Origin: an uncultured archaeon
Lineage (GTDB): Archaea; Asgardarchaeota; Heimdallarchaeia; Heimdallarchaeales; Heimdallarchaeaceae
Length of the DNA: 30,761 nucleotides
NCBI GenBank assembly: GCA_964534625.1
Contig: CAZHRF010000038.1
Span: 1 to 30,761 of the forward strand
Direction: 5' to 3'
Part shown: positions 16,960 through 26,161 of the stretch, piece after piece
Numbering within the stretch: the first letter of the stretch is position 1
Layout: every line of letters starts with the position of its first letter
The notes under the pieces: model-generated
Databases searched by the model: none
What the model saw: the letters and a program-made list of their open reading frames with translations, nothing else
What the model was told of the DNA's origin: nothing
Made by a program: the position numbers and the translations under genes

Positions 16960-18429
16960 TTACATGAATAGTAAAGTAAAATCATTATAAATTGTACAAC
17001 CATTTTTTTTCAATTTTCTCAATATTTTCTTTGAATTATTTTTTAAGAAATTATCCGTAACATCTAATTCTTCTAGCTTTTTCAACTTGATCAAGCTTTC
17101 AGGAAGCATGTTTAAATTGTTTTCACTTGCATCCAGTTCTTGAAGGTTTTGAAGATCACCTATTCGTTCGGGAAGAGAGGTTAAGTTGTTTCCTGCTAAA
17201 TCCAGTTCTTGAAGGTTTTGAAGATCGCCTAATTGTTCGGGGAGCGAGGTTAAGTTATTTTCTGCCAAATTCAGTATTTGGAGGTTCAGAAATCCCCCTA
17301 TCCATTCAGGAAGCAAAGTTAAGTTATTTCCTGCTAAATTCAGTATTTGGAGGTTCAGAAACCCACCCATGCGCAAGGGAAGCGAAGTTAAGTTATTTTC
17401 TGCCAAATTCAATTCTTGAAGGTTCGAAAATCCATCCATGTGCAAGGGAAGCGAAGTTAAGTTATTTTGACTTACATCTAGTTCTCGGAGGTTGCTAAGC
17501 CTAGCCATATGATCGTGTAATGAGATTAAGCTATTCTCACCTAAAACTAGTATCTGGAGATTTCGAAGACCGCTTATACATTCAGGTAATGAGGTTAAGT
17601 TGTTTCCTGCTAAATCCAGTTCTTGGAGGTTCTGTAATCCATCCATATGTGAAGGAAGAGAGCTCAAACTATTCTCACTTACATCGAGTTCTTGTAGATT
17701 TCGAAGATTACCTATAGATTCAGGCAGTGAAGTCAAGCTATTCTCGCTTAGATACAGTATCTGGAGATTTCGAAGATTGCCTATAGATTCAGGTAATGAG
17801 GTTAAATTATTATAGCTGATATCTAGTTCTTGCAGTTTCTCAAGATCGCCTATATTCGCGGGAATTTGACTCAACAATTTATTACAAAGGCCGAGTCCTT
17901 TTATACTATTATGTTCTATTACAAGTCCAAATGTATCATAGTATAGTTCTTCCACTAATGGAATTGTTGTTCCTACGCTTTTTTCTATTTCTTCTATGAT
18001 TTCTTTTTCCTTAGAGTTAATTGTCGTATTTTTGAACGGAATAACCATTTTTTCTGCTGTTTGAAGCTTATGTTTGGATTTCACTTTTTTTTCTGTTTTT
18101 TCTTTTTCTTGTATTTGTATTTGTTTTACTTTCGCTACTTTAGATGTCGAATTTTTCTTTCCTATTCCTTGTTTTTCATAGTTTTTAAATTCTAACAACA
18201 AAGCATCTATGGCCTTACTTACATCATCGGTTACGTTTTTAGTTCTTAGAATTCCTTCTTTATGATCTATTTCAAAATCGCCTAGTTCTATTTTCCATAA
18301 CCATTCAATGAGTAACTCTTCATCTTGAAATTTTAACCTTCGTGTTAACAATTCTAATGGTATAGCAGTTGATTTTTTTAGAGCTTTTTTCAATACTGAT
18401 AACCTTTCGCTATCAGATGGAGCATTCAT
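16960..18429 (-). CDS. Leucine-rich repeat protein (12 x 23-aa LRRs) with N-terminal helical domain and Lys-rich linker
   Basis: Repeats LxxLxLxxNxLTSLPxxIGxLxN with 69-bp periodicity at about 17040-17880. Confidence 0.93.
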   Translation of the reverse strand: MNAPSDSERLSVLKKALKKSTAIPLELLTRRLKFQDEELLIEWLWKIELGDFEIDHKEGILRTKNVTDDVSKAIDALLLEFKNYEKQGIGKKNSTSKVAKVKQIQIQEKEKTEKKVKSKHKLQTAEKMVIPFKNTTINSKEKEIIEEIEKSVGTTIPLVEELYYDTFGLVIEHNSIKGLGLCNKLLSQIPANIGDLEKLQELDISYNNLTSLPESIGNLRNLQILYLSENSLTSLPESIGNLRNLQELDVSENSLSSLPSHMDGLQNLQELDLAGNNLTSLPECISGLRNLQILVLGENSLISLHDHMARLSNLRELDVSQNNLTSLPLHMDGFSNLQELNLAENNLTSLPLRMGGFLNLQILNLAGNNLTLLPEWIGGFLNLQILNLAENNLTSLPEQLGDLQNLQELDLAGNNLTSLPERIGDLQNLQELDASENNLNMLPESLIKLKKLEELDVTDNFLKNNSKKILRKLKKNGCTIYNDFTLLFM

Positions 18430-18524
18430 TATTACTATTATTCTTTTTAAACCATAAAAATATTGCTGTAATTTGACAGAAGAGAAGGCGAGAAAGAAAA
18501 ATAGAGGATATTATATTAATTAGC

Positions 18525-19715
18525 TCATGAGTTCTTTGTTTTTATTCCCTTTCGCATTATTTGAGCTATTTTTTCAGGTTCAATATGCGTAACTCTAAAA
18601 GCATCCAACAGCTCTGCACCTCCCACAGGATGATTTATAATAAAATCGATGAACATATGGATATTATCAGTGAAACCCACATGACTCTGTTTGAAAAGTA
18701 TATTGCGATTTATTTTCGCTAAGTATTTCCTATTGGGTTGCTTAATAAAAACATTAATGGCCTTATCTGCGATAAACATTGCTTCAGCCAGGTCTTGTAA
18801 TTGATTAGTACCTAAGTCAACAAAGTTTCCCACATGCTTTTTAGGTATTAATCGTAAATGTCCCTCTCGTATAGGGGCAAAAGCAGTAACTACTCGCCAA
18901 TTACCATTATCAAATACTGTTCGTTCATCAATGTTTAACGATTGATTAAAAGAATCTTTTTTGACTTTATTATTAGCCATTTGACAACCTATACACTTAG
19001 CAGTAGACTGAGATTGAATTTGTGATTGTATCTCTGAATATAAGCCAATTCCTATATCCGCCGTATAAATATACGTTTGTGAGTGCAAATGGGGTATTGA
19101 TGCACCTGATTCTATACCCATATTAAAGAAGTGCATCATACGTAGTTTCTCAACCTTATTTGTTTCTTTGAGTACTCTGATCGTTTCTTTTTGAGCTAAC
19201 TGCGTATTTACCAGTAATTTTTGTAAGTTGATTTTGTTTAAATCAGAAACGAAATCGCAATGGTCGACAGTGGTATGTACAAGCGCTATCCCTTGTAATA
19301 CTTCTTCTTTGTTTTCTTCTGGAGCAATACTTATTCTTGCCATAGGGCTAAATAGGTTAATAAACGATATTGCCGTATTGGCGCTCCAATCTCTTTTTTC
19401 TTCTTGAATACTCAATGGGCTTTGATGTATCTGATCATCATTAGTTATGACAATGGCAGGTAATTTACCTTTGGCGATTCGGCAAAAAGAATCGATGAAA
19501 CCTTCTGGTTCATGCATTTCAAAGGGTTGTTTACTCCTAATGGGGGAAATCTGCGTTACATGACTGATCTTTTTATCTGTTTCAGGATCTATTCTAGAAT
19601 AAAAAGGATCATATCTAAAACTTGGTATATTCCATCGATTCTTTTTAGTATATATGCCCCACTTAGCATCGTAATAAGAAGTAGAATTAGAATTATTTTC
19701 CTTATCTTCAGCCAT
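18525..19715 (-). CDS. GalT-like HIT-superfamily nucleotidyltransferase
   Basis: FFNMGIESGASIPHLHSQ (HxHxQ), CxxC, second domain with AFAP and LIPKKH; ATG at 19715 preferred over TTG at 19724. Confidence 0.75.
   Translation of the reverse strand: MAEDKENNSNSTSYYDAKWGIYTKKNRWNIPSFRYDPFYSRIDPETDKKISHVTQISPIRSKQPFEMHEPEGFIDSFCRIAKGKLPAIVITNDDQIHQSPLSIQEEKRDWSANTAISFINLFSPMARISIAPEENKEEVLQGIALVHTTVDHCDFVSDLNKINLQKLLVNTQLAQKETIRVLKETNKVEKLRMMHFFNMGIESGASIPHLHSQTYIYTADIGIGLYSEIQSQIQSQSTAKCIGCQMANNKVKKDSFNQSLNIDERTVFDNGNWRVVTAFAPIREGHLRLIPKKHVGNFVDLGTNQLQDLAEAMFIADKAINVFIKQPNRKYLAKINRNILFKQSHVGFTDNIHMFIDFIINHPVGGAELLDAFRVTHIEPEKIAQIMRKGIKTKNS
18896..18941. repeat. 46-bp direct repeat, coding copy
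   Basis: gccaattaccattatcaaatactgttcgttcatcaatgttt(a/g)acga also at 19855-19900, one mismatch. Confidence 0.95.
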
Positions 19716-19854
19716 TAAAATCAACTAAACTATGTATGATAAAAACATTACAAAGATATTAAATGTTTCTTAATATGACGCTTTGGTATACATTAAATGC
19801 CCAGTCTAATAAAAAGAGAAAAATAGTACCAAACAGTTACTAATTGTTACTACT

Positions 19855-19900
19855 GCCAATTACCATTATCAAATACTGTTCGTTCATCAATGTTTGACGA
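19855..19900. repeat. 46-bp direct repeat, intergenic copy of GalT-like coding sequence
   Basis: 45/46 identical to 18896-18941. Confidence 0.95.
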
Positions 19901-19974
19901 AATAACGGAAAATAAGCATAATAGATATATAGGCTCTGTTATTATCTAGTACCTATAATAGATTAAGTGGTTTA

Positions 19975-20141
19975 ATGTCATTAAAAATACTGAACGGCGT
20001 ATTCGAGATATAATAATTAGCAGTATCCGAGCACGTGCATTATCCAATGAAGAATGTTTTGATCAAGCAATGGAATTACAGAGATTTGCAAATGAAGTGA
20101 TTACTGCTACTAATCAATTCCAGGATGATGAAAATGTCTAA
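19975..20141 (+). pseudogene. Frameshifted small partner (antitoxin-like) gene upstream of the nucleotidyltransferase
   Basis: ATG TCA TTA AAA A needs one extra A to enter the frame NTERRIRDIIISSIRARALSNEECFDQAMELQRF...ENV*, which overlaps the NTase start. Confidence 0.45.
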
Positions 20142-20715
20142 TTTGACTTTATCTTCAGTTGAAAACCTAATCAAAATTATTAGCATATATTGGAATACTA
20201 GAAAAATACCTTATGTAATTGTTGGAGGTATCGCAGCATTATTTTGGGGGTGTCCCAGAACAACACAAGATGTGGATGTAATAATTGATCATAGACGATT
20301 AGATCTAGACGATTTTGTTAATTACTTGAAAAATAATGACGTGCATTCCTCGAAGGAAGACTTACAGTTTGCGTTTGAGAACAACGAACATTCAAATATT
20401 AACTTCTATAAAGATACATTGTTTAGATTAGATATTAAAGGGATATAGACTAAATCAGAAGAGATAACTGTTAACGAAAGATACAAACAACAATGGAAAA
20501 ATATGACTATTTATATTGATGATCCTCATAATCTAATCATTAATAAATTACGATTTGGTTCCCAACAAGATCATGAAGATGCTTTGGCTGTCCTTGTAAC
20601 GAATATTGATCTTCTTGATATAGCTAAATTAAAACAGAAAGCAGAAAGTAATAATGTATATCAAGAACTAATTCAGTTGTTTTCCAAGGCTAATATAGAC
20701 ATAACTAGCTTATAA
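20125..20715 (+). pseudogene. Minimal nucleotidyltransferase (DUF6036-like) interrupted by one in-frame TAG
   Basis: PYVIVGGIAALFWGCPRTTQDVD motif; ORFs 20125-20448 and 20503-20715 share a frame with only TAG 20446-20448 between; the C-terminal part has the typical LIINKL...QDHED. Confidence 0.75.
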
Positions 20716-20718
20716 TTG

Positions 20719-20762
20719 ATGAACTTTCACTAACTAAAGGAGTGAGATTTCTGACTGTCTCA
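20719..20762 (-). mobile_element. Degenerate single-hairpin IS200/IS605-derived mini-element
   Basis: Minus strand TTAC|TGAGACAGTCA-GAAA-TCTCACTCCTTTAGTTAGTGAAAGT-TCAT; same 25-nt GAAA-to-TCAT spacing as 2375 and 27598. Confidence 0.5.
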
Positions 20763-20880
20763 GTAAAATCATTTCGTTTCTTATCATTTCCTTTTAAAAA
20801 GGGCATATTAAGCTTTTATCAGACACAGAGAAGGAGAAAAAGAAAGAAAAAGAGATTTTTTTTAATATGTAGACTTAAGA

Positions 20881-22155
20881 TTAAGGATATATACCTCTAA
20901 GCTTGATCTGTTGTTCAATTCTTTTAACTGCAATTGCATATGCAGCTAAACGCATATTAGCTAAATCCATTTCTTCCATCTTTTCATACACTTCGTCAAA
21001 GGCTTTAACCATTATATGCTCAAGTTTGGCATTAACTTCTTCTTCTTCCCAAAAGAGTGCGTCATTACCTTGTACCCATTCAAAATAACTTACAGTTACA
21101 CCACCAGCATTAGCGAGAATATCAGGTACAACCATCACGCCATTTTTCGTCAAGATATCATCAGCTTCAGGTGTTGTAGGTCCATTAGCACCTTCAACGA
21201 TAATTTTAGCTTTGATATCATTAGCGTTCTTTTTAGTTATCTGACCTTCAATAGCACAAGGACCAAGAATATCAACATCTAACTTCCATAATTCTTCATT
21301 AGTTAAGGTTTTTTCTACTTTGGAATAACCTTTCACGCTTTTAAGAGTATTTTCTTCATTTTCATAGACATATGTATACAAATCTTCGATATCTAAGCCA
21401 TTAGAATCATATACTCCACCATAAGCATCAACAATACCAACCACTTTTGCGCCATGTTGATAAGCTAAAAGAGCAAACCAATGACCAACATTACCAAAAC
21501 CTTGAATAGCTATGGTAGCTCCTTCTAGAGGGATATTCTTTTTCTTTAATGCCTCACGAGATGAAAAGAAGACTCCTCGTCCTGTAGCTGCAGCTCTTCC
21601 TTTAGAACCACCGACTTCTACAGGTTTACCAGTTACAACACCAAGTTCAGAATATCCTTTATTCATGCTATAGGTGTCATAAATCCAAGCCATCTCTCTA
21701 GCTGAAGTATTAACATCAGGAGCAGGTATATCCTTTTTAGCCCCAAAAACGTTCATCATCTGATAGGTATATCGACGAGTAAGTTTCTCAATTTCCTTTA
21801 CGGACATTTTAGTAGGATCACAAATTATTCCACCTTTGCCACCCGAATAAGGTACTTGTACAACAGCACATTTCCATGTCATCCACATAGCCAAGGCTTG
21901 TACTTCCTCTTTAGTAACTAGAGGACTATATCGGATACCGCCTTTACAGGGCAGGATTTCGACATGATGTACTCTATAACCTTTGAAGACTTTCACGGTT
22001 CCGTCATCCATATTGACTGGAAAGTTGACTTCAACAACTCGTATAGGATGTTTCAAAATTTCTTGTACATTAGGATCTAAATCTATAATTTTAGCAATAC
22101 GATCCAATTGTTCTACTGCATTTTCCCATGGGTCAGCTGAATTATTTTCATGCAT
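20881..22155 (-). CDS. gdhA: Glu/Leu/Phe/Val dehydrogenase (glutamate dehydrogenase)
   Basis: KGGIRY, MTWKCA, GGKGG, DIPAPD, VTGKP, QGFGNVG, EGANGP and NAGGVTVSYFEWVQ motifs; ATG 22155 follows a GGTGA RBS. Confidence 0.93.
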   Translation of the reverse strand: MHENNSADPWENAVEQLDRIAKIIDLDPNVQEILKHPIRVVEVNFPVNMDDGTVKVFKGYRVHHVEILPCKGGIRYSPLVTKEEVQALAMWMTWKCAVVQVPYSGGKGGIICDPTKMSVKEIEKLTRRYTYQMMNVFGAKKDIPAPDVNTSAREMAWIYDTYSMNKGYSELGVVTGKPVEVGGSKGRAAATGRGVFFSSREALKKKNIPLEGATIAIQGFGNVGHWFALLAYQHGAKVVGIVDAYGGVYDSNGLDIEDLYTYVYENEENTLKSVKGYSKVEKTLTNEELWKLDVDILGPCAIEGQITKKNANDIKAKIIVEGANGPTTPEADDILTKNGVMVVPDILANAGGVTVSYFEWVQGNDALFWEEEEVNAKLEHIMVKAFDEVYEKMEEMDLANMRLAAYAIAVKRIEQQIKLRGIYP

Positions 22156-22632
22156 TTGTATCACCGTACAAGCAATTTTCAATACTATTAATATACATTC
22201 TTATGCAACCATAAGGAAAAATGGTGTGCAGAGAAGATAAAATTTTAATTCCCGTGAAAAATGTCTTAAATTAAATCTTTTTCCTAATGTGATATCTCTT
22301 TTATACTAGTCTAGTATCAATCTAATATTATAGGGGACCTATTAAGAAAGGAAAAGAAAGAGTCTTAAAAATACTTTACTCCGCCCTTTATTTGTCTTTA
22401 TTTTTCAAGGTAGTTTCCGAAGGTTTTTAAATAGGTGTAGGATAGAGTATTCTAAGAAGTAAAGTAAATTAAATGCGGAATAAAAACTAGTAGAATAAAA
22501 ATCATATTTGTTTGGAAGGAGTTTAGAAATTATTTCTAACATAACGATTATCATCACTTACGTAACAAATTATTTTTTTTGAAAGTTTTTGAAAGATTTG
22601 AAACTTTATTTAGAATTCAAATGTGATTAAAG

Positions 22633-23913
22633 ATGAAATTTAAAAATTTTGATATACAAAATGATATTAAGAAAGCATTGAACAAAATGGGCATGCATAC
22701 GCCTACTGATATACAAGATGTAGCTATTCCTGAAATCTTAGCGAATAATAAGACACATTTTATTGCTCAAGCTAAAACGGGTACAGGTAAGACACTCGCT
22801 TTTGCTATTCCTCTTTTTGAGATGATTGATTCTTCTTTAGAAAAGGTGCAAGCAGTTATCATGGCTCCAACTCGTGAACTTGTCACGCAGATTTATGATG
22901 TTTTATATGATTTAAATAAATATAAACGCTTGAAACTATGCAAGGTCTATGGTGGTGTGTCTATTGATAGACAGATTAATCTTATAGCGGGAGGAGCACA
23001 AATTATTGTTGCTACTCCAGGTAGAATTATTGACATATACAAACGGGGAAAGGTTTCTTTTGACCATATGAAATATTTTGTACTCGATGAAGCTGATCGA
23101 ATGTTAGATATGGGGTTCATTCCCGACATAGAGTTCTTACTTTTTGAAGCTATGAAAGAAGTATATCCACGCTTGTATTTATTCTCAGCTACTATGCCAG
23201 AGGAAATCGTCAAGGTAGCTGAATCTTATGCATTCGATTGGGGAGATGAACTAATAGAAATCAAAGTATCAAGCGATGATGATTTAACAGTGCAAAATTG
23301 TGATCAATACTTCTACCAAGTTGAAGATAGAAATAAGAAATACAATAAATTTGTCAAAATTCTCCAAAAAGAGCGACCTGAATCGTGTATTGTTTTTGTG
23401 AACACAAAACACTGGGGAGATATACTTAAGAGGCTGCTTATTCGAGATAAAAGAGTAAAAATGTACATTGGAACTCTTAACGGTAACATGTCTCAAAGAC
23501 AGCGAGAAAAAACACTAGAAAAATTCCGTCAAGGAAAAATTGATTGTCTTGTAGCAACTAATGTAGCTGCTAGAGGATTAGATATTCCTCGTGTTACGCA
23601 TGTGTTCAATTACGATATTCCCGAGGGTAAGCCCGAAGTCTATGTACATAGAATTGGCAGAACATCACGAATGAAAAGTGAAGGGAAAGCTATTGCTCTA
23701 GTCGAAAGAGAGCAATTAGAGATGCTCTATGATATTGAACACCTCATTAATAAACAAATACAGCGTTATTATCTAGATTCTAGAGAAAAGAATCGTTATA
23801 AGAACCTTGTTCGTTCTTCGTCTAAAACAGCTGGAAAACAAGATAAAAAAGAGTTCGAATATGTCGATAAAGAAACCAAAGATGTCTACGCTGATGTTTC
23901 TATTTATGGGTGA
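22633..23913 (+). CDS. DEAD-box RNA helicase
   Basis: Q motif, AKTGTGKT, PTREL, GG, TPGR, DEAD, SAT, ARGLD and HRIGRT motifs. Confidence 0.95.
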   Translation: MKFKNFDIQNDIKKALNKMGMHTPTDIQDVAIPEILANNKTHFIAQAKTGTGKTLAFAIPLFEMIDSSLEKVQAVIMAPTRELVTQIYDVLYDLNKYKRLKLCKVYGGVSIDRQINLIAGGAQIIVATPGRIIDIYKRGKVSFDHMKYFVLDEADRMLDMGFIPDIEFLLFEAMKEVYPRLYLFSATMPEEIVKVAESYAFDWGDELIEIKVSSDDDLTVQNCDQYFYQVEDRNKKYNKFVKILQKERPESCIVFVNTKHWGDILKRLLIRDKRVKMYIGTLNGNMSQRQREKTLEKFRQGKIDCLVATNVAARGLDIPRVTHVFNYDIPEGKPEVYVHRIGRTSRMKSEGKAIALVEREQLEMLYDIEHLINKQIQRYYLDSREKNRYKNLVRSSSKTAGKQDKKEFEYVDKETKDVYADVSIYG

Positions 23914-24052
23914 ACTACACCACCCCAAGTGATGGTGCTTCTTGCGAGTACATTGCTTGATGTTGTATAACAAGGTCTGTTTGTCGCAAATTACCAATAA
24001 ATTGTTGATAGGCTGTCCACAAGCCATTCTGGGATAGGTACCGTTATAGTAC
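23910..24052 (-). ncRNA. Putative orphan TnpB-type omega-RNA scaffold ending in an IS200/IS605 right end
   Basis: Minus strand GTACTATAAC...GCTTGTGGA...CAA-GAAG-CACCATCACTTGGGGTGGTG-TAGT-TCAC; shares motifs with 27598-27720. The 5' boundary is approximate. Confidence 0.55.
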
Positions 24053-24153
24053 ATTCAAACAAAAAGGTAAATATTCAAAAGAACAAAATTCAGGATCAAA
24101 TTGAAAAGAATAAAAAAATGAGAAAAGAATAAAAAAATTCCAAAGATTCCTTC

Positions 24154-25518
24154 TTAGGCTTTTTCTTGTATCATTTCCATATCCAATTGTAATCTTTTAC
24201 TTTTAACTTTTCTAAGTGGTTTGGTGATAACAATAATCAAATGCTCAAAACCATACTTAAAATTTATTTTAGACCATAAATAGACAGCTAGAATCCAAAA
24301 ACTCGAAAAAGTTGCAATAAATAGAGATATGGCAGGAACATTCGTCATAAAAGCATTAATCTCCCCAAAGTTTTCTAAAGTACCAAAAGATCTATGAAAA
24401 ATAGCTGCAAAACCTTCATTGAAAGCAACCTCAAGCATATAGAGAGTCAATGAAGCCACCCCAAATCTTCTAACAAAGAGGGTTTTATCAGCTAATACTT
24501 GTCTTTTTTCTGTAGAAGTATATTCGAATTTCTTGAAGAGTATAGGAAATATAAACATTAAGCCACCCAGACTAAAGAATAACAATTCTCTAGGATAAAT
24601 TGTAAAGTTGAAGAGTGGATCAAATGGGTTTATGTCTGCCCTAATAGAAACTATTATTGTTAAAGTTGTATTAATAACAAAAGCTGCTAAAAAGACGGTT
24701 CCAGTTATGAAACTATATTTTTTAATTCTTGAATAGTCCTCTTTCCGTACCAATAAATAGCCTAATACAAGCCCAAACATGAGATATGCGCACATGGGGA
24801 AATATGAAAGCTGATTACCAAAAAACAAGATTCCTATATATGATACGAACGTAAAAAATCCACCTTTATTGAATAGGTTAACAATATGTTCATAATATAT
24901 ATAATCACTTAGTGGCTTATGAGTAACAGTTAGAATAATTCCTAAAATCGTCAAAATAATAACGTTTCTTTTCATCTCATCTATCCCTTCATTTCGGAAC
25001 AATAACCAGAAGATTACAACAGCTGTATACCCACATAATCCAATAGCTGGAAGTATACCTATTTTGAATAATTTCTGTACATTTGGCCAAGCTAATTCAC
25101 CTGTTTGATAAAGCCTAGTTAGAATTGAATAATTGATATATTCGTTATTGGGGTTGTTAAAAGGGTTATACCACGTTCTCGTAAAGAATAAACATTTAAT
25201 AGGGTCCAGAAGGATCATAAGCGTACTATTGAGAAGAATTGGTGTCGCGGCATCTTTGAATGATACTCCTCTTTTTAGTCTTCTGTACATGTTATAGGCA
25301 TTTACAACACCCGACATCATGACGAAACCTCCAGCCCACGTTGATAACAGGGCTAAAGGAGAAAGAAGGATGAGAATCGGAATTGGTAAAACTTGAATAG
25401 CATTTCCTGCCGTCCGCCATATTCCAAAAATTAGCGGATGAAAAAAAAGAACGCCGATAATTGCCCAACCTCTAAAGTAATCTATCGATAAGAGCCTACT
25501 ATCTTTGATCTTTTCCAT
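24154..25518 (-). CDS. Multi-pass membrane protein, DUF1624/HGSNAT-like acyltransferase N-terminal motif
   Basis: RLLSIDYFRGWAIIGVLFFH, late G..SLTLY motif, about 10 TM segments. Confidence 0.65.
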   Translation of the reverse strand: MEKIKDSRLLSIDYFRGWAIIGVLFFHPLIFGIWRTAGNAIQVLPIPILILLSPLALLSTWAGGFVMMSGVVNAYNMYRRLKRGVSFKDAATPILLNSTLMILLDPIKCLFFTRTWYNPFNNPNNEYINYSILTRLYQTGELAWPNVQKLFKIGILPAIGLCGYTAVVIFWLLFRNEGIDEMKRNVIILTILGIILTVTHKPLSDYIYYEHIVNLFNKGGFFTFVSYIGILFFGNQLSYFPMCAYLMFGLVLGYLLVRKEDYSRIKKYSFITGTVFLAAFVINTTLTIIVSIRADINPFDPLFNFTIYPRELLFFSLGGLMFIFPILFKKFEYTSTEKRQVLADKTLFVRRFGVASLTLYMLEVAFNEGFAAIFHRSFGTLENFGEINAFMTNVPAISLFIATFSSFWILAVYLWSKINFKYGFEHLIIVITKPLRKVKSKRLQLDMEMIQEKA

Positions 25519-26161
25519 ATTAAACCTACTTTAAATTCTTGTTTTTAAACATATGGTAGAAAGAATAAATATTTCAAAACAGCCAACTAGCAATAATTTT
25601 TATACAGTGCCACTGGAAATCATTCACTTTTCTTTATTTTAATGGAAAAGTCTTTCTAAATAGAAATTTCCTTTTAACATTTTTTTTAAAATGGTGACAA
25701 AGAATACTGTATATTACACTTAATATATTTCAAACATTAAATATTTGCCCTTAGAATGTTTTGGATGAATGTTTTGTCTATTTTGTATTTTTATTTTTAA
25801 TCACAATATTTAATATCTTTTTTCCATCATTTCTGTTTATGGAATTAGTTGAACCATTTAAATGTTATAAAATTCTAATTTTCATTTTTAATGTTGTATC
25901 AATTTTGTTTGTTATTATTGAATTGTGTTTTTTCTTGGTTATTTTTTCTCTTTTCTCCCTTTTTGCTTCTCTTTTCTAATCATTTTCAGGTGTTTATAAA
26001 GGAGTAAGTTCACTAGGAGAAAAATAGGTGAAGAACAAGAGTTTCAATCAAAAAATATTTATAACCAACAATTTAGTTTTATTTGTAATTCAATCAATCG
26101 ATATTTTTGGTCATATAATTATTATGAATTTTTATTCTTACTCATTAAAAATGGTGATATT

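Noticed and set aside
18896-19900. DGR template/variable repeat pair
   Set aside because: Only 46 bp with one mismatch, mid-gene position and no reverse transcriptase in the window.
20446-20448. Pyrrolysine system linked to the KamA-like gene
   Set aside because: Pyrrolysine synthesis uses PylB/C/D, not KamA; no pyl genes are visible and several genes here end normally in TAG.
22375-22395. Fifth IS hairpin (ccgcccttta)
   Set aside because: Only half a stem, with no complementary arm or terminal tetranucleotide.
25761-25979. 72-aa hydrophobic ORF, or a decayed minus-strand gene
   Set aside because: T-rich low-complexity sequence, TTG start and no recognisable homology.
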